Assembly: GCA_001275005.1 (NCBI GenBank)
Contig: JWZX01003332.1
Location: forward strand, 1-34,210
Direction: 5' to 3'
DNA length: 34,210 bases
Source: Chrysochromulina tobinii
Lineage: Eukaryota
The notes beneath the pieces were generated by a model, which was given only the letters and a program-made list of their open reading frames with translations, had not been told where the DNA came from and did no database searches. Positions 9,912 to 21,208 of this stretch are shown here, piece after piece. Position numbers and translations under genes: made by a program. Within the stretch, counting starts at the first letter, position 1. Each line of letters begins with the position of its first letter.

Positions 9912-10010
9912 ATCCAGAAAGACCATCTTCCTCTACCACTTTGGGTCGATCACTCAGTTCTAAAATCAGTTTGTGGAGATTTAAGTGGGGATAGTGTCAA
10001 GTGTGTGAAA
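9879..10010 (+). repeat. Diverged copy (9879-9950) plus degenerate partial copy (9951-~10010) of the ~78-bp repeat
   Basis: AGTTCAAAATCAGGTGGTCGGGATAGTGTGTGAATCCAGAAAGA...CTACCACTTTGGGTCGA, followed by CACTCAGTTCTAAAATCAG...GGGGATAGTGT. Confidence 0.9.
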
Positions 10011-10251
10011 CAATCTTCAATCTAGCGTGCATCCTGCACAGAATACGTGAATACCTGGCTCCCGCGTTGCAAACCAAACCTTGGCGGCACACTATCCATA
10101 GTGGCGGCACCAGGCACACTGGCGGCACAGTGCACACGGACAGGTCTCGTGATCCGGCACCCCCCGGTGTTTTTGAACCGTAGAACGGCGGAGGCACCAC
10201 AGAGGGGAGACCTTCCAATGCCTTGCCTACGCCGACCGTTGGTGCGGCCAG

Positions 10252-10795
10252 ATGTTCAGTCCGCGCGGTGCTGAAGGCAGCTCGAGCACGCCTGCACCTC
10301 CAGGCTCCACGCCTCGCTCTGCCGGCCTGCTGGGCTCGTTGAGCAAGATGCTTTGGTCTCCAACGGAGGGCGCAGAGGACGGTGCGGCAGGAAGTGTGCG
10401 CTCACCAGATCTGAGCAACGCTGCTGCACAGGACTCGTTCATGACGCAGTCGCCGCGTGGGCACGCGAGCCCATCGTATGGTAATGATGGACTCGCCAGC
10501 CCTCGCGGACTGAGCTCACCGCAGATGGGTGGCGCGAGCAGTAGCAGCCAGCAAGACGCTGCGCCACCTACACCGCGCAGTAGCGGTCTGCTCGACACGC
10601 TTTTCTCGCCTGTATTCACTTTCTTCGGCACGAAGGCGGAGGGTGGCGCCGACGGCAGCAGCGCCGACGTATCAACAGACGAAGCGGCAGAGGCAGCGGC
10701 TGCCGCTGCCGTTGCCGCTGAAGCTGCTGCTACGGCTGCTGCAGCGGCAGCGGCCGCCGAGGCTCAGGCGACCGCTCGCGCGAGGGCTGCAGAGA

Positions 10796-10846
<51 letters not shown>

Positions 10847-11499
10847 CCGAGGGCGGCGAGCTTGAGTTCGATCCATATGCCTTCATCCGGACGCTGCCGC
10901 CGTGCCCGCGGCTCACGCGGCCGGTGTGCTTGCCCAAGAAGACTCGCGGCACGCCTCCCATCTCTCTCGTGCTCGACCTCGACGAGACGCTGCTGCACTC
11001 GTCCATCGTGCCGCTGCCCACGTACGACATCGTCTTCCCGGTGCACTTCAACAACTTCAACTACCAGGTATATGTGCGTAAGCGGCCTCACATGGACTTC
11101 TTCATGGAGCGTGTCTCCAAGCTCTTTGAGATCATCGTGTTCACCGCCTCCCAGAAGGTGTACGCCGACAAGCTGCTCTCGATCATTGACCCGCAGCGCA
11201 AGTGGATCAAGCACCGCGTCTTCCGCGACTCGTGCGTGCTCGTCGAGGGCAACTACCTCAAAGACTTGCAGATCCTCGGCCGCGACCTGACCAAGGCCGC
11301 TATCGTGGACAACTCCCCACAGGCCTTCGGCTTCCAGCTCGACAACGGCATCCCCATCGAGTCGTGGTTCGACGACCAGAGCGACACGGAGCTGCTCAAA
11401 CTGCTGCCCTTCCTCGAGAAGATGGCCGAGGTCGAAGACGTGCGCCCGGGCATCCGCGAGCACTTTGGGCTGCACGAGCTCGTCTATGGACGCTCCTGA
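10252..11499 (+). CDS. CTDSPL2: CTD small phosphatase-like protein (FCP1/SCP NIF domain, CTDSPL2/SCP4 type)
   Basis: [12 protein letters not shown] catalytic motif, [22 protein letters not shown]...[35 protein letters not shown]. Confidence 0.9.
10798..10845 (+). repeat. (CAG)15-CAA microsatellite encoding Q16
   Basis: Pure CAG run, in frame within the phosphatase ORF. Confidence 0.95.
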
Positions 11500-12070
11500 G
11501 CGCGCGCTGAGCGGCTCGCCTCGTCGGGCCCTCTGTCAGGGAGACGGTGGGAGAGGCTATACTCCAGCAGCTGCAATGGGGCCAGGAGGAGGCAGCAGGC
11601 AGAGGGTGTTGGGCTTTGGGCGGCATGCAATATGTTCTGCGCGACGCGAGGGTCTCGCCCGTCGCCGGGACCCCGTGAAAGTGTGTGTTCGACGCCCGAA
11701 CTGCGCGTTAAGGGTGATGAGAGTGTCCATGTGTTTTGATATTTGTTATGCGCGTGGTTATGGGAAGCGTGAGGTGTCTGGAGTCGTGACCGCGGCATAT
11801 ATGGTTCGTACACGCTTGCATGCGCATGATGCACGTCGTCGTACGTCGAGGTTTGAAGCGTTGATGTTAACTATAATTACTATAATCTAAAAAATTCGCT
11901 ACGACGGGTTTTGAAGTGACAAGTGTGCGACAAGTGTGGAGGGTTCAGGGCGACAAACAGTACACGTCGATCTTCACGAATCAGGAGTTCGATCCCGCAC
12001 CCGCCCGTCCGAGTCTCCAGACTCCGGTCTGCGTAACTGACGGTGGGGGCGGCGTGGTCGCTGCCGTCCT

Positions 12071-13627
12071 CTACTTCTTCTGCAGACATGAGCGCAGCGC
12101 GTCACATATATTATTCTCTGCCACGACCTCCGTTCTGGCCTTGCGTGGCCCGCCACCGCCGCGCCCGCCCAAGCCACAAGCCTTCTTCCAGCCCCCAAAG
12201 GCCTGAAAGATTTCTTTCGATTTGAGCATCATCAGCCCCTTGCGCATCTGCTCACGGAGGCGCCGTTCTTCGCGGATTTTCTCGCGCCACGAGTTCCACG
12301 CTTTGTAGAATGGGCGCAGGATCAAGCTGATGGCAGCAAGCCGCATCAGCCGCATCTTCTCACGCATGATGTACGCAACCTCTTGCCATCGACTTAAGCC
12401 CATTGCAAGCTTCTTATTGATCAGCCTCTTCAGCGCCTGGTTCGCAATGTCCTTGATTCGCTGCGCACGCTCTTCGTCTCGCGCACGGTCGCTCGCTGAG
12501 CGAGCGTCCTCCACCTCTTCAATCTGCTGCAGGGCCAGACTGGTCGACGAGCCGTTCTTGATCGAGTCGTGCTTGAGCTTGACCTCTTTAATCTTCGTCT
12601 CCAACGCCCTTTTCGCCCGCTGGGCGGCGTGGCTGAGCCGCATCTGCTCTCGGTGATGATCCATGGCCTTCTTTTGGAAGGCGGCGAGGTGGGTGGACGC
12701 TTCGTGTAGGTCGAGAAACTGGTTACCGTTGTCGTCCAGCACCTCGAAGAGGGCATGTGCCTTGGCCTGAGTAACTCCTGGGATGAGATTATGCACCATG
12801 AACTCAAAATCGGACTTGCTCATGCCCTCGACGTGTGTTGAGTACATGCCAACGAAATCGGTCGCCTTGACGCGGCGCTTGCCGCACGCCATGCCCAGCT
12901 GCACCTCAAAATCGTTGCCCGTCTGCATCATAAACTCGAGCCGCGCCATCTCTGCTAGTCGATGCTGAGCTTCCATTTCGTGTGCCTCCTTCACATCATC
13001 CGCGAGCGAGCGTAGCTGCGCGGCTTGCGCTTTCCGCTCCTCCTTCATGATGCTAACCTCCGACTCGTAGGCAAGGCCCATCTTTTTCCACTCCACCAAC
13101 CAACCCTTGAGCTCCTCTGTGGTGAGAATGCCATCTCCGTCATTATCGAGCTCCCCAAAGAGTTGGTCCATTTCCTGGGTCGAGAGGTCCTCCATCTGGC
13201 ACGAAACCATTAGCTTTTTCACCTTCGCCCTGAACTCGCCCTTGTTGATCGTACCGTCGCCTGAGGTGTCCCAATCTCTGATCATCTTGGCCATGCCGTT
13301 CGCGTCCGCAACGTCCTTAGCTCCCCCTTTCAAGGCTGACGCGTTTAGAGCGATGCCGACCTTCTCCCTGGGCTTGGGCCCATATTTGCCTGACTCGAGT
13401 TCCACCGCTTCTTTGATGAGGTCTTCTACTTGAAACGTGATCGAAAGCTTGGTCTCGGAGAGCTTTGGCTTGATCACGTGGTCGAGCCCAGCGTATTTGC
13501 CCTCAATAGGCACCTCTGGCGGTGGGATGAAAGGGTGCGCCTTCACGGCATTCGTCTTCACGCGGAATAAGCGCCTCGACTGCCGCGGAGTCCAAATGTT
13601 CGGTGCGCCGGTACCAAAGAATGGCAT
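12071..13627 (-). CDS. EF-hand calcium-binding protein with coiled coils and C-terminal Sfi1-like Trp repeats
   Basis: EF loops DTSGDGTINKGE, DNDGDGILTTEE and DDNGNQFLDLHE; tail repeats LAMGLSRWQE, FYKAWNSWRE, IFQAFGGWKK. First in-frame ATG is at 13627. Confidence 0.8.
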   Translation of the reverse strand: MPFFGTGAPNIWTPRQSRRLFRVKTNAVKAHPFIPPPEVPIEGKYAGLDHVIKPKLSETKLSITFQVEDLIKEAVELESGKYGPKPREKVGIALNASALKGGAKDVADANGMAKMIRDWDTSGDGTINKGEFRAKVKKLMVSCQMEDLSTQEMDQLFGELDNDGDGILTTEELKGWLVEWKKMGLAYESEVSIMKEERKAQAAQLRSLADDVKEAHEMEAQHRLAEMARLEFMMQTGNDFEVQLGMACGKRRVKATDFVGMYSTHVEGMSKSDFEFMVHNLIPGVTQAKAHALFEVLDDNGNQFLDLHEASTHLAAFQKKAMDHHREQMRLSHAAQRAKRALETKIKEVKLKHDSIKNGSSTSLALQQIEEVEDARSASDRARDEERAQRIKDIANQALKRLINKKLAMGLSRWQEVAYIMREKMRLMRLAAISLILRPFYKAWNSWREKIREERRLREQMRKGLMMLKSKEIFQAFGGWKKACGLGGRGGGGPRKARTEVVAENNICDALRSCLQKK

Positions 13628-14459
13628 CCCGGCACAGGTCGAGTGTCTCTGTGGCGCCTGAGCTCGTCGAGAGAGGGCGTCGATGGCGTTTTCGAGGCCA
13701 AGTACTGTAGCAAACTTGAAGTTTGGGTTCCGTCTCACATTTTCAGTCAGTCAGTCAGTTTCGTGTGTACAAATAGCTTGGAAAGGGGTGGGGGAGTACG
13801 TGCACGCGCTCACGCGTGCGTTGCCTTGCATCGCGGTCCCCCCATAGAACACAAAGACTACTTATTCCATCATCCCAAGAGTCGGAAGCGTGCAGGGGAT
13901 GGTCGATAATGCATGATGCAGTTCGGTTTCGACATTCCGAGTACATTCAACATTGTCGATTCAGATACTTATTACTTTGCTCTTTGGTCACCCGCGGCGC
14001 GCCGGTGCGCATCACATGTACAGCGATTAGGCGTGCACCCATGTGTGCCGTCGGAATCCTCGCTCCTCGGCGCTCGAGCGACAGCGAGTAATTTTTTGCT
14101 CGAAATTTTTGACGACACACTGCACACTCTACACTGAGTCAACACTGACCTGCGCGAGTGACAGACACCGACAGCGAGAGACGTCCGTGTAACCGAGGAG
14201 ATACACAGAGATACACGTCACGCAAGCGTATGTGACGATGCTTGACATACACATGATTACATGCATGCAGTGTATCTCTGGCTCCCTCAGCTAATATTAG
14301 CTGTCGTCACCCGTTCTCGGCCCTTTCTCGCTGACCTCTCTCCTCCTGCCTCAGTCGTGGCCGCCGCGCCACCACCGCCTTCGCCTCGACTGCCAGACTG
14401 CTGCTCCGTTCAGCACACTCTGCTGCTGTTGCTGCTGCTGCTTCTGCCGCTACTGCGGC

Positions 14460-17400
14460 TCATGTGATGCGGTTGGCAAGCTCCTCGAGCTTTTTGGCAA
14501 TCTCGGCGGGTGAGCGATCGAGCTCCTGGGCGATCGCGCTCTGCTGATCGGGCGAAAGACCGGTGAACAGCTGGCAAAAGTCGCCGTCGACGACGCCCTT
14601 CGCTGGGAAATAGGCCGAGCGGAATAAGAGATGATCGCGCCCGCTCAGCGGCGGCGCCTCCTGCCGCAAGTGCATCTCGAGCGCCTGCATCAGCTCGAGG
14701 TCATCTTTGGAAGTGAGGGGCAGCAGCGCGCCCACGCCGCCCATGATTGTCGTGTAAAGCAGCACCTCGGTGCAGCCCGGGCCGAGCGATGCCTTCTGCA
14801 GTGAAGTGGTCGTCTCGCCCACGTGGAATTGCACCACTTCGTCCGATTTGGAAGGGGCGCCGTTGAGCGCGAGCGTCTCACTACTCGCGGCCGACGAGAG
14901 CAGCTGCGCGTCGTCCACGTCATCGGACACCTCCTGCGGCAGTCGCGTCACGAAGAGGTTGCCAAATTTGTCGGCTCCTGCGAGCGTGTTCGCGTCAAGC
15001 ACGGTCGAGGCGGTCAGCCAGCGCGGGGCGACGTCATCGGCGAAGAGCACAAAATTGTTCTCCTGCCGCTGGTACTTGATGTAGTGGAACGACTCCGCAA
15101 GGTCTCCCACGTAGACACGGGAGGGCGAGATGACGTGGATGGACTGTACCATCGTGGGGAGACCTTTGAACTCGGATTTGCGCAGCAGCTTCTTCTTTCC
15201 CATGTCGTACAGGCGCAGTCGGCTGCCCACACCGGCGAGCAGACGGCCGCCGAAGGCTGCGAGCGCTTTGGGCACATCTTCCACCTGCGTCTTGTGCACC
15301 AACTCGAGCTTGGTGTTCCCCTCGGCGAACTGGTATACGTGGATGAAGGCGGCGGTGAGCTGCCGAGGGTGCAGCGTCATGTCGCGCACCGTGCCCACCA
15401 TGACGAAGGTCTCGCCCGCCCGGTCGCGCACCGGCACCATCGCGAGGGACAGAGCCGCCTCGTTGTCACCCAACTCGAGCACTGAGAGTGTCTGGCGTGT
15501 GACCGGGTCGACGAGACGGATGCACGAGGCCCACTTGCCCGGCTGTGCGCGCGGCACGCCAATCTTGCTCTCCATGAGCATCCCCTCGGCCTCCTCGTCG
15601 TCCGCGTCCACGACTGTGCCCGCGGGCACGGGAGGCGTCACGCCGACGGCCTCGTACAGCTGCGCCTTCTCATCCTCGTTGTACGCGTTGTGATCCGTCT
15701 CAATGATGACGAGATGACCCGAGACCGAATGCGTGGCGAGCTTGCGCGGCGTGTACCGAAGTGGGACCGACTCCGCGTTGAAAGCATCGCCCAGCTTGTC
15801 CAGCGACAGGATGCGCAGCGTGTTGCCCGCGATGGCCACCACACCCTCCGGGCAGTGCTCCGACGCGAAGGACGAGCCGTACTCGAGCGCCTGGTACGCG
15901 AGCGGCGAGGTGAGGAGCGCAAACTGGTGGCAGTAGGCTGCCCAGGGGCGGGACGAGAGTGCGAGGACGCCCTCGTGCCCGCCTAGAGGCAGCCGAAAGA
16001 GCTTCACGGCGCGCGCGCCTAGGAAGCGAGTGCGCGAGTCCGAGAGCTGTCCGGTTCGAGGGTCGAGTCGCGCGCGCAGCAGCACGCCGTTGGAGAGCCC
16101 AATGCACAGGAAGAGAGCGGCGGCGCCCGCGCCGGCGCGCCCGATAGGCATCGAGACGAGCGCGGCCGCCTCCGCCTGCGCCGGCAGCGCGAGCACTGCA
16201 AGCACTGTCATACAGTCATCCGGATCCAGCGAGAGGATGCGGATCGTGTTGTCCCAGCCACCCACGGCCAAGAAGCGAGAGCGCTGCCTCCCTTCGGGCA
16301 CGGCCCCAATCTCGAGGCAAGCGACCTCGTGCCCCATGTCCTTCTTGTCCATCTCGGCGAGCGTGCCCGCCGCGTCCAGCTCGAAGTAGATCACCTCGCC
16401 GCCCGAGAGCGAGAGCACCACCTGCTTGTGGTTCGCCGTCGCATTGATGATCGGCTTCCCCTTAGGCGGCCTCCACTCATTCACACGCCCGTCGGAGCGT
16501 ACGTGTCGAATGCCTGCCGGGTGGACCTGCATCATCGCGTCGTCACCGACGAGCCCGACGAAGAGCGTGGGCGTGTCGGCCTTGAGCCCGCTGTCCGTCA
16601 CCTCCTCAACCGTCTCGCCGATCGAGAGCACGAGCGTCGCGTTGACGAAGCTTACCACGATGTATCGGTCATACGGGTCGTCTCGCCGCTTCTTCACGGT
16701 CCAGACGGCGTTCGGGTTGCCGGGCAGCTCGGATACAGCCATCTCGCTCACGGCGAGCCCGTGCTGCAGCAGCCGCAGCGTCGAGCGCGGCCCACGCCCG
16801 CATAGCGCTGCGATCGACGGCGTGCCGCTTTTGGTCGGATCAACGAGCTTGGCGTCCACAATGGGGCACAGGGACTCCATATCGTCCACGTGCAGCAGGT
16901 TGCGCAGCGGGCGCGGCACGAGCGGCACGACGGCAAAATCTTCGGCCTCGAACTGCTTTGAGCTGCACGTGGGCGAGTCGTCATCCTCGCCGATGCCCTG
17001 GAATTGGTAGAAGCTGTGGTTGGCGAACTCGGCGGCGCAAAAGAGGAAACCACTCTTGAGGATGCATAATGCGACACAAGGCGGGACACTGTCGAGGTAG
17101 CGGCAGCGCAGCTCGGCGACGAGCTCGCCCTCGACGGTGAGCGTGAGCTTGTACAGGTCGCCGCACTCGGACTGCACCAGGATGAAGTAATGGTCTCGTT
17201 GCCGGTGCACCGCCGCCGCGATGATGAGCAACCCGTGGGCGGTAGGTAGGTCCTTGCGCCGGGGAAGTGCGCACCGACGCTCGGGCTGGGTGGGCGATTT
17301 ATAGACGACGAAGTTCTCGGAGCAAACGATGACGCCGCCCGGACCGTCGGCGCCGCCTGGCACCGCCACGAGCTTATTCGCCGTCGGGTCCACCGCGTCC

Positions 17401-18071
17401 GACCACTTACGCACCACGTGATTGAGACCGAGGTCGAGCTCGTAGTACACGAGGAGCTTCTCGTAGAGTACCTCGCGTGTGTCGGGCTCGTTCTCGACCT
17501 CCTCGGTGTCGACCTCGAGCGCAGCGAAGATCGGGTTGTCGAAGCCTACGTCCACGCCGATCAGGTCGAAGCACACCGTTGCGCTCTTGTGCGCCTCGAG
17601 CGGGCTCGAGATCGTGAGGCGCGCCGCCGAGTCGCGGTTTAGGATGTACACGAGCTTCTGCTTCTCGACCGCGCCGATCATGACCGCGCGCCCGCGTGGG
17701 TCGACCGCCACGTACTGTCCGGGCACGATGCGCCGCACGCCCGTCTTGCCGTACGTCTCCGCGTGCACGCGATCAAAGCACTGCTTGTCCGCAGAGTACT
17801 CGAGGATGACAATCTTGCCCGAGTCGCTGCCGATGACGATGTAGTCGCGGTTGCCACCTGTAAGCCGGCACGTGGCGAGCGAACGAATAATGCCGAACAC
17901 CTCCGTCGCGTGCACCGTCTGCACCTTGCCATGGTCATCTGGCCGTATGAGCTCGAGCACTTTGCCGCGGGCGACCACCAGCTCCTGCTGCTTTGGCGCG
18001 GAGAAGTTGCCGTACACCGCGGCGGTGATGCCGCTGCTCTTCTGCAGCGTGAGCGAGTAGAGGTGCATCAC
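14460..18071 (-). CDS. SF3B3: Splicing factor 3B subunit 3 (SAP130/Rse1), intronless
   Basis: MHLYSLTLQ..., VIGSDSGKIVILEY, RRIVPGQY.AVDPRGRAVMIGAVEKQKLVYILNRD, VSEMAVSELPGNPNAVWTVK, GRDHL.FRS.YFP.K.VVDGDFC; full length, 1203 aa. Confidence 0.98.
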   Translation of the reverse strand: MMHLYSLTLQKSSGITAAVYGNFSAPKQQELVVARGKVLELIRPDDHGKVQTVHATEVFGIIRSLATCRLTGGNRDYIVIGSDSGKIVILEYSADKQCFDRVHAETYGKTGVRRIVPGQYVAVDPRGRAVMIGAVEKQKLVYILNRDSAARLTISSPLEAHKSATVCFDLIGVDVGFDNPIFAALEVDTEEVENEPDTREVLYEKLLVYYELDLGLNHVVRKWSDAVDPTANKLVAVPGGADGPGGVIVCSENFVVYKSPTQPERRCALPRRKDLPTAHGLLIIAAAVHRQRDHYFILVQSECGDLYKLTLTVEGELVAELRCRYLDSVPPCVALCILKSGFLFCAAEFANHSFYQFQGIGEDDDSPTCSSKQFEAEDFAVVPLVPRPLRNLLHVDDMESLCPIVDAKLVDPTKSGTPSIAALCGRGPRSTLRLLQHGLAVSEMAVSELPGNPNAVWTVKKRRDDPYDRYIVVSFVNATLVLSIGETVEEVTDSGLKADTPTLFVGLVGDDAMMQVHPAGIRHVRSDGRVNEWRPPKGKPIINATANHKQVVLSLSGGEVIYFELDAAGTLAEMDKKDMGHEVACLEIGAVPEGRQRSRFLAVGGWDNTIRILSLDPDDCMTVLAVLALPAQAEAAALVSMPIGRAGAGAAALFLCIGLSNGVLLRARLDPRTGQLSDSRTRFLGARAVKLFRLPLGGHEGVLALSSRPWAAYCHQFALLTSPLAYQALEYGSSFASEHCPEGVVAIAGNTLRILSLDKLGDAFNAESVPLRYTPRKLATHSVSGHLVIIETDHNAYNEDEKAQLYEAVGVTPPVPAGTVVDADDEEAEGMLMESKIGVPRAQPGKWASCIRLVDPVTRQTLSVLELGDNEAALSLAMVPVRDRAGETFVMVGTVRDMTLHPRQLTAAFIHVYQFAEGNTKLELVHKTQVEDVPKALAAFGGRLLAGVGSRLRLYDMGKKKLLRKSEFKGLPTMVQSIHVISPSRVYVGDLAESFHYIKYQRQENNFVLFADDVAPRWLTASTVLDANTLAGADKFGNLFVTRLPQEVSDDVDDAQLLSSAASSETLALNGAPSKSDEVVQFHVGETTTSLQKASLGPGCTEVLLYTTIMGGVGALLPLTSKDDLELMQALEMHLRQEAPPLSGRDHLLFRSAYFPAKGVVDGDFCQLFTGLSPDQQSAIAQELDRSPAEIAKKLEELANRIT

Positions 18072-18336
18072 GATACGACGCCGCTCACTGCCGCGATCAC
18101 GCGCTCTCAGTCTGGCTCCGACTTTCGTGCGACGTGTGCTCTTTTCCGACTTGCTGCGCAGCTCTGTGAAATGAATATCGAACTAGCGCCGCGCGCTCGC
18201 GCTCGCTCTCGAGCTCGTCACAATTCTTCACACCTGCACGGTTAGGAGGGTTCATCGCTCTCTTCTACATGTATGGCCCTTCGCAAAGACGAGCACTTCC
18301 GTACGCCAAGCTCGCATTCATCCAGCAAGCGTGCCG

Positions 18337-19300
18337 ATGGTGCACTCGGAGTTCGTTCGCCGCGAATCTGCATCAGAAAAGCTGCTGACACTCGCGGAAG
18401 CGACTGTCAAGCTACCTATTGCAGACGCGCAAGTCGATGCGTCGCCTCCTCTGCCCAAACGGCTTGGCAGTGACTTGCCCGAGTTAATCCTGCCGGAGGC
18501 CTTCTCCGCGACCGGCGAACGTGTCGAGGAGCATGCGGCTGCTGACGGCGAAGCCGTTGCTCGCGTACGAATCATCGACCTCCTCGACCCTGAGCAGCAT
18601 GCCGTTCAGGCCGTGCCGCCGGCTGATCGTGGAGCTACGCGACTCGAAGACTTTGATCTCGTGCTCTACGATCTGGAGACAACCGGCCGGAGCCGCCAGA
18701 AAAATGCCATCTGCGAAATCGCGGCGCAGCGGATGCGCTTTGCCGATGGCGCGTGGCGCAGAGAGGGCCCACCGCTCGACATGCTCGTCCACCCGGGCAT
18801 GCGAATCCCACAACTGCGACAAAGGTCCATCACTTAAAAGAAGGCTGACGTGGCAGATAATCCTTCTGTGGCTCAGGGCCTCGCGGCCCTTCAAGCCTAC
18901 ATCGGCGCAGGCCCTCGCTGCGTGCTGATGGCCTGCAATGGCATGCGCTATTGATCCGCTACGATTGCCATTTTTGCAGGCGGCGTAGCTCCCAGTCGAG
19001 CACGGAGGACGAGCCTTTGGACGAACCTTTAGCCCCGCATGCATGGAGTTTATCAGCGACTGCGAGGAGCTTTTCCGGCTGCTCAGCAAGGACAAGCCCC
19101 GTGGCAAGTACGACCTCGGCACACTCTATGAGGAGCTCGGCGGTCCACCGACAGAGGCACACCGTGCACTCGCCGACGTGAGGATGATTGAGCATGTGCT
19201 CTCGCGGCTCTGGCGTGAGGAGGACGTCGTGACGTCGATCGCGGCATTGACGAAGACGAGCGCTGAGCTCAAGCCGGACCTAAGCTTGGTTGCCATTTAA
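18337..19300 (+). pseudogene. Disrupted DEDDh 3'-5' exonuclease (DnaQ/TREX-like)
   Basis: ExoI YDLETTG (~18667), then ATKVHHL in a shifted frame, ExoII-like LMACNGMRY-D-LPFL (~18925-18975), ExoIII AHRALADV (~19160). At least 3 frameshifts and an in-frame TAG near 18985. Confidence 0.75.
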
Positions 19301-19765
19301 GCTCGGAATCGGGCGTTTCGGGCGCTCGTGTCAGAGGCAGAGTTGCGCTTGGCTAAGTGGTGTACTGTGTATGGACTACGTCCCCACCGTCGTTCTTCCG
19401 CCTTCCGTTCGCATCCCGCGTACTACCGACACTCTCGACTCTCCGGACCCCGTCCGACGGGGGCTCCGCCTCGTTTCAAAATTAAATTGTTCTCCTCGCT
19501 GTACCGCAGCAAACTCAACCACTCGTGTCCGGCGCACCAGCTGGCAAGGAAGGGAAGGGACCACACCGCACACGGTCCGGTCCACGGACCACACGCACGA
19601 CATATGTCACATATTTCACGCCATGCATTCGCTCACACATCTCACATGCATACCCGGATAGTCCGAATGCATCGCATGTAGCCTTGTAGCCCGCATGCTG
19701 TCGTTCATTTCAGTCGCGTCAGCGCGATCCAGCGTTGAATTTCATTCATGGGAGCTGGACGATGG

Positions 19766-21155
19766 TCAACATGCTCTCGCCGCTTTGAATTCTATGTCCA
19801 TGAGGGACGCCTTGAAGCGCTTGCCAGACCGCTGGAAACCGTGAGCAGGCGGAAGCACTTTAAGGGACACATCCGCCTCAGGCATCATGATGACCGTGTC
19901 GGGAGATGTACAGGGAGACAACTGGTCAAAGGACCTCTGCCTGCAACCTCTGACGTACCCAGAGCAGGCACTGTTTTGCAGGCTGCCATGCGGCAACGTC
20001 TTGGGCGCGGTGTCGACGGGCTCGGGTGAGATGATTTCAAAGCTTCTCGGCTCGGACGTGTTGGCGTGGACAGACATGGGCTGAGGAACCGCTTCCTTGG
20101 AGTTGCACTTGGAGGAGCTGCAAGCCGTGGGCGGGCGCGAGCTCGGTCCAGAGTGGAAATTGAGCCAGGGAGCCCTCATGATGTCTTCGACGGTCGGACG
20201 GGCCGCAGGAATCAGCATCAGGCACGCGTCAAGGAGTTGAAGATGTGGCGCCGAGAAGGCGCCACGCTGCAGCTCGCCGCGGAGCATGGGCGCCGGTGAC
20301 GGCCGCAGCTGCCCTGTTTCGTGTGAATCCTTGAGAGCTGTAGCGTGCACGCCAATCGCCTTGATCGGCGCGTCCACGCCGAAAGGGAAGCGACCGCGAA
20401 CCATAACGAACGAGCAGATGCCGAGGGACCACACATCGGCGGCGCGACCACAGTAGGGTCCGATGTGCTTGCTCATGAGCACTTCAGGCGCCGCGTAGAC
20501 CCCCGAGCCGCACGCCTTGCTCATCTTGGTCCCCGGGCACGAGAATGCTGAGAGGCCAAAGTCGCCGAGCTTGAGCTCATCGTTGAAGTCGATGAACGCG
20601 TTTTCGAGCTTCACGTCGAGGTGGACGACGTTTTTTGCATGAAGGTAACCCACCGCAGCGCACAGCTTCCGCGTCCACTTGCTCGCCTCGATCTCGTCGA
20701 GCGAGGTCCTCGCGAGAACGTACTCCAGCAGATCACATTTACACAGCCGAGACACGAGATTGATGCTCGACCTGTGCACGTGATTCGATGACGTAGCGGT
20801 CAACCTTTGAAACAAGATTGTTGCGGCGGCGGCGCAAGCGATGGTGAGGACGCAGCTCTCACCGATCCATGTAGCTCCACTCGAGATGAAGAATGTTCAC
20901 GTGAGGTTCGTAGCGCTTGAGATGGCGGTGTGCCCGGAGCTCGCTCAGGGCATCGGCGCTCATCGTGAGTAGCTTCACGGCAAAGAATCGTCCCGTGGCG
21001 AGCGCTTCCGCGTGCCACACCTCGCCTTGGCTGCCTCTTCCGATCCTTCTTTCGAGCGTGAAGTTCTCCGTGCATTCGGTGACGACATTCGGGGGCAATC
21101 GAATTTCCACGGCCACCTCCTCGCAGGCAAGCTCGAAGCCGTCATGATTGGTCAT
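19766..21155 (-). CDS. Ser/Thr protein kinase (CAMK/AMPK-like), two exons: 21155-20863 and 20771-19766
   Basis: Exon 1 has IGRGSQGEV, AVK and HVNILHL. Exon 2 has HLDVKLEN, DFG, CGSGVYAAPE and DVWSLG. Splicing joins the frames as ...YMDR-SSINLV... Confidence 0.9.
20772..20862 (-). other. 91-nt phase-2 GT-AG intron in the kinase gene
   Basis: CG|GTGAGA ... GTGCACAG|G; removing it restores a continuous kinase domain. Confidence 0.85.
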
Positions 21156-21162
21156 TGGTCGT

Positions 21163-21208
21163 CCACTAGTGGTCCTCGCGATTAGTGGTCCTCGCCGAGG
21201 ACCACTAG
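21163..21208. repeat. Nested direct/inverted repeat (TAGTGGTCCTCG twice plus an inverted copy) just upstream of the kinase ATG
   Basis: CTAGTGGTCCTCGC 21166-21179, TAGTGGTCCTCG 21183-21194, CGAGGACCACTAG 21196-21208. Confidence 0.85.

Noticed and set aside
14400..14460. CTG-rich ORF 14261-14467 with poly-Leu
   Set aside because: Degenerate trinucleotide repeat in the SF3B3 3' region; no coding support
20600..20630. Kinase HLD instead of HRD as a sign of a pseudokinase
   Set aside because: The catalytic Asp, Lys, Asn, DFG and APE are all present; HLD is common in active CAMK-group kinases
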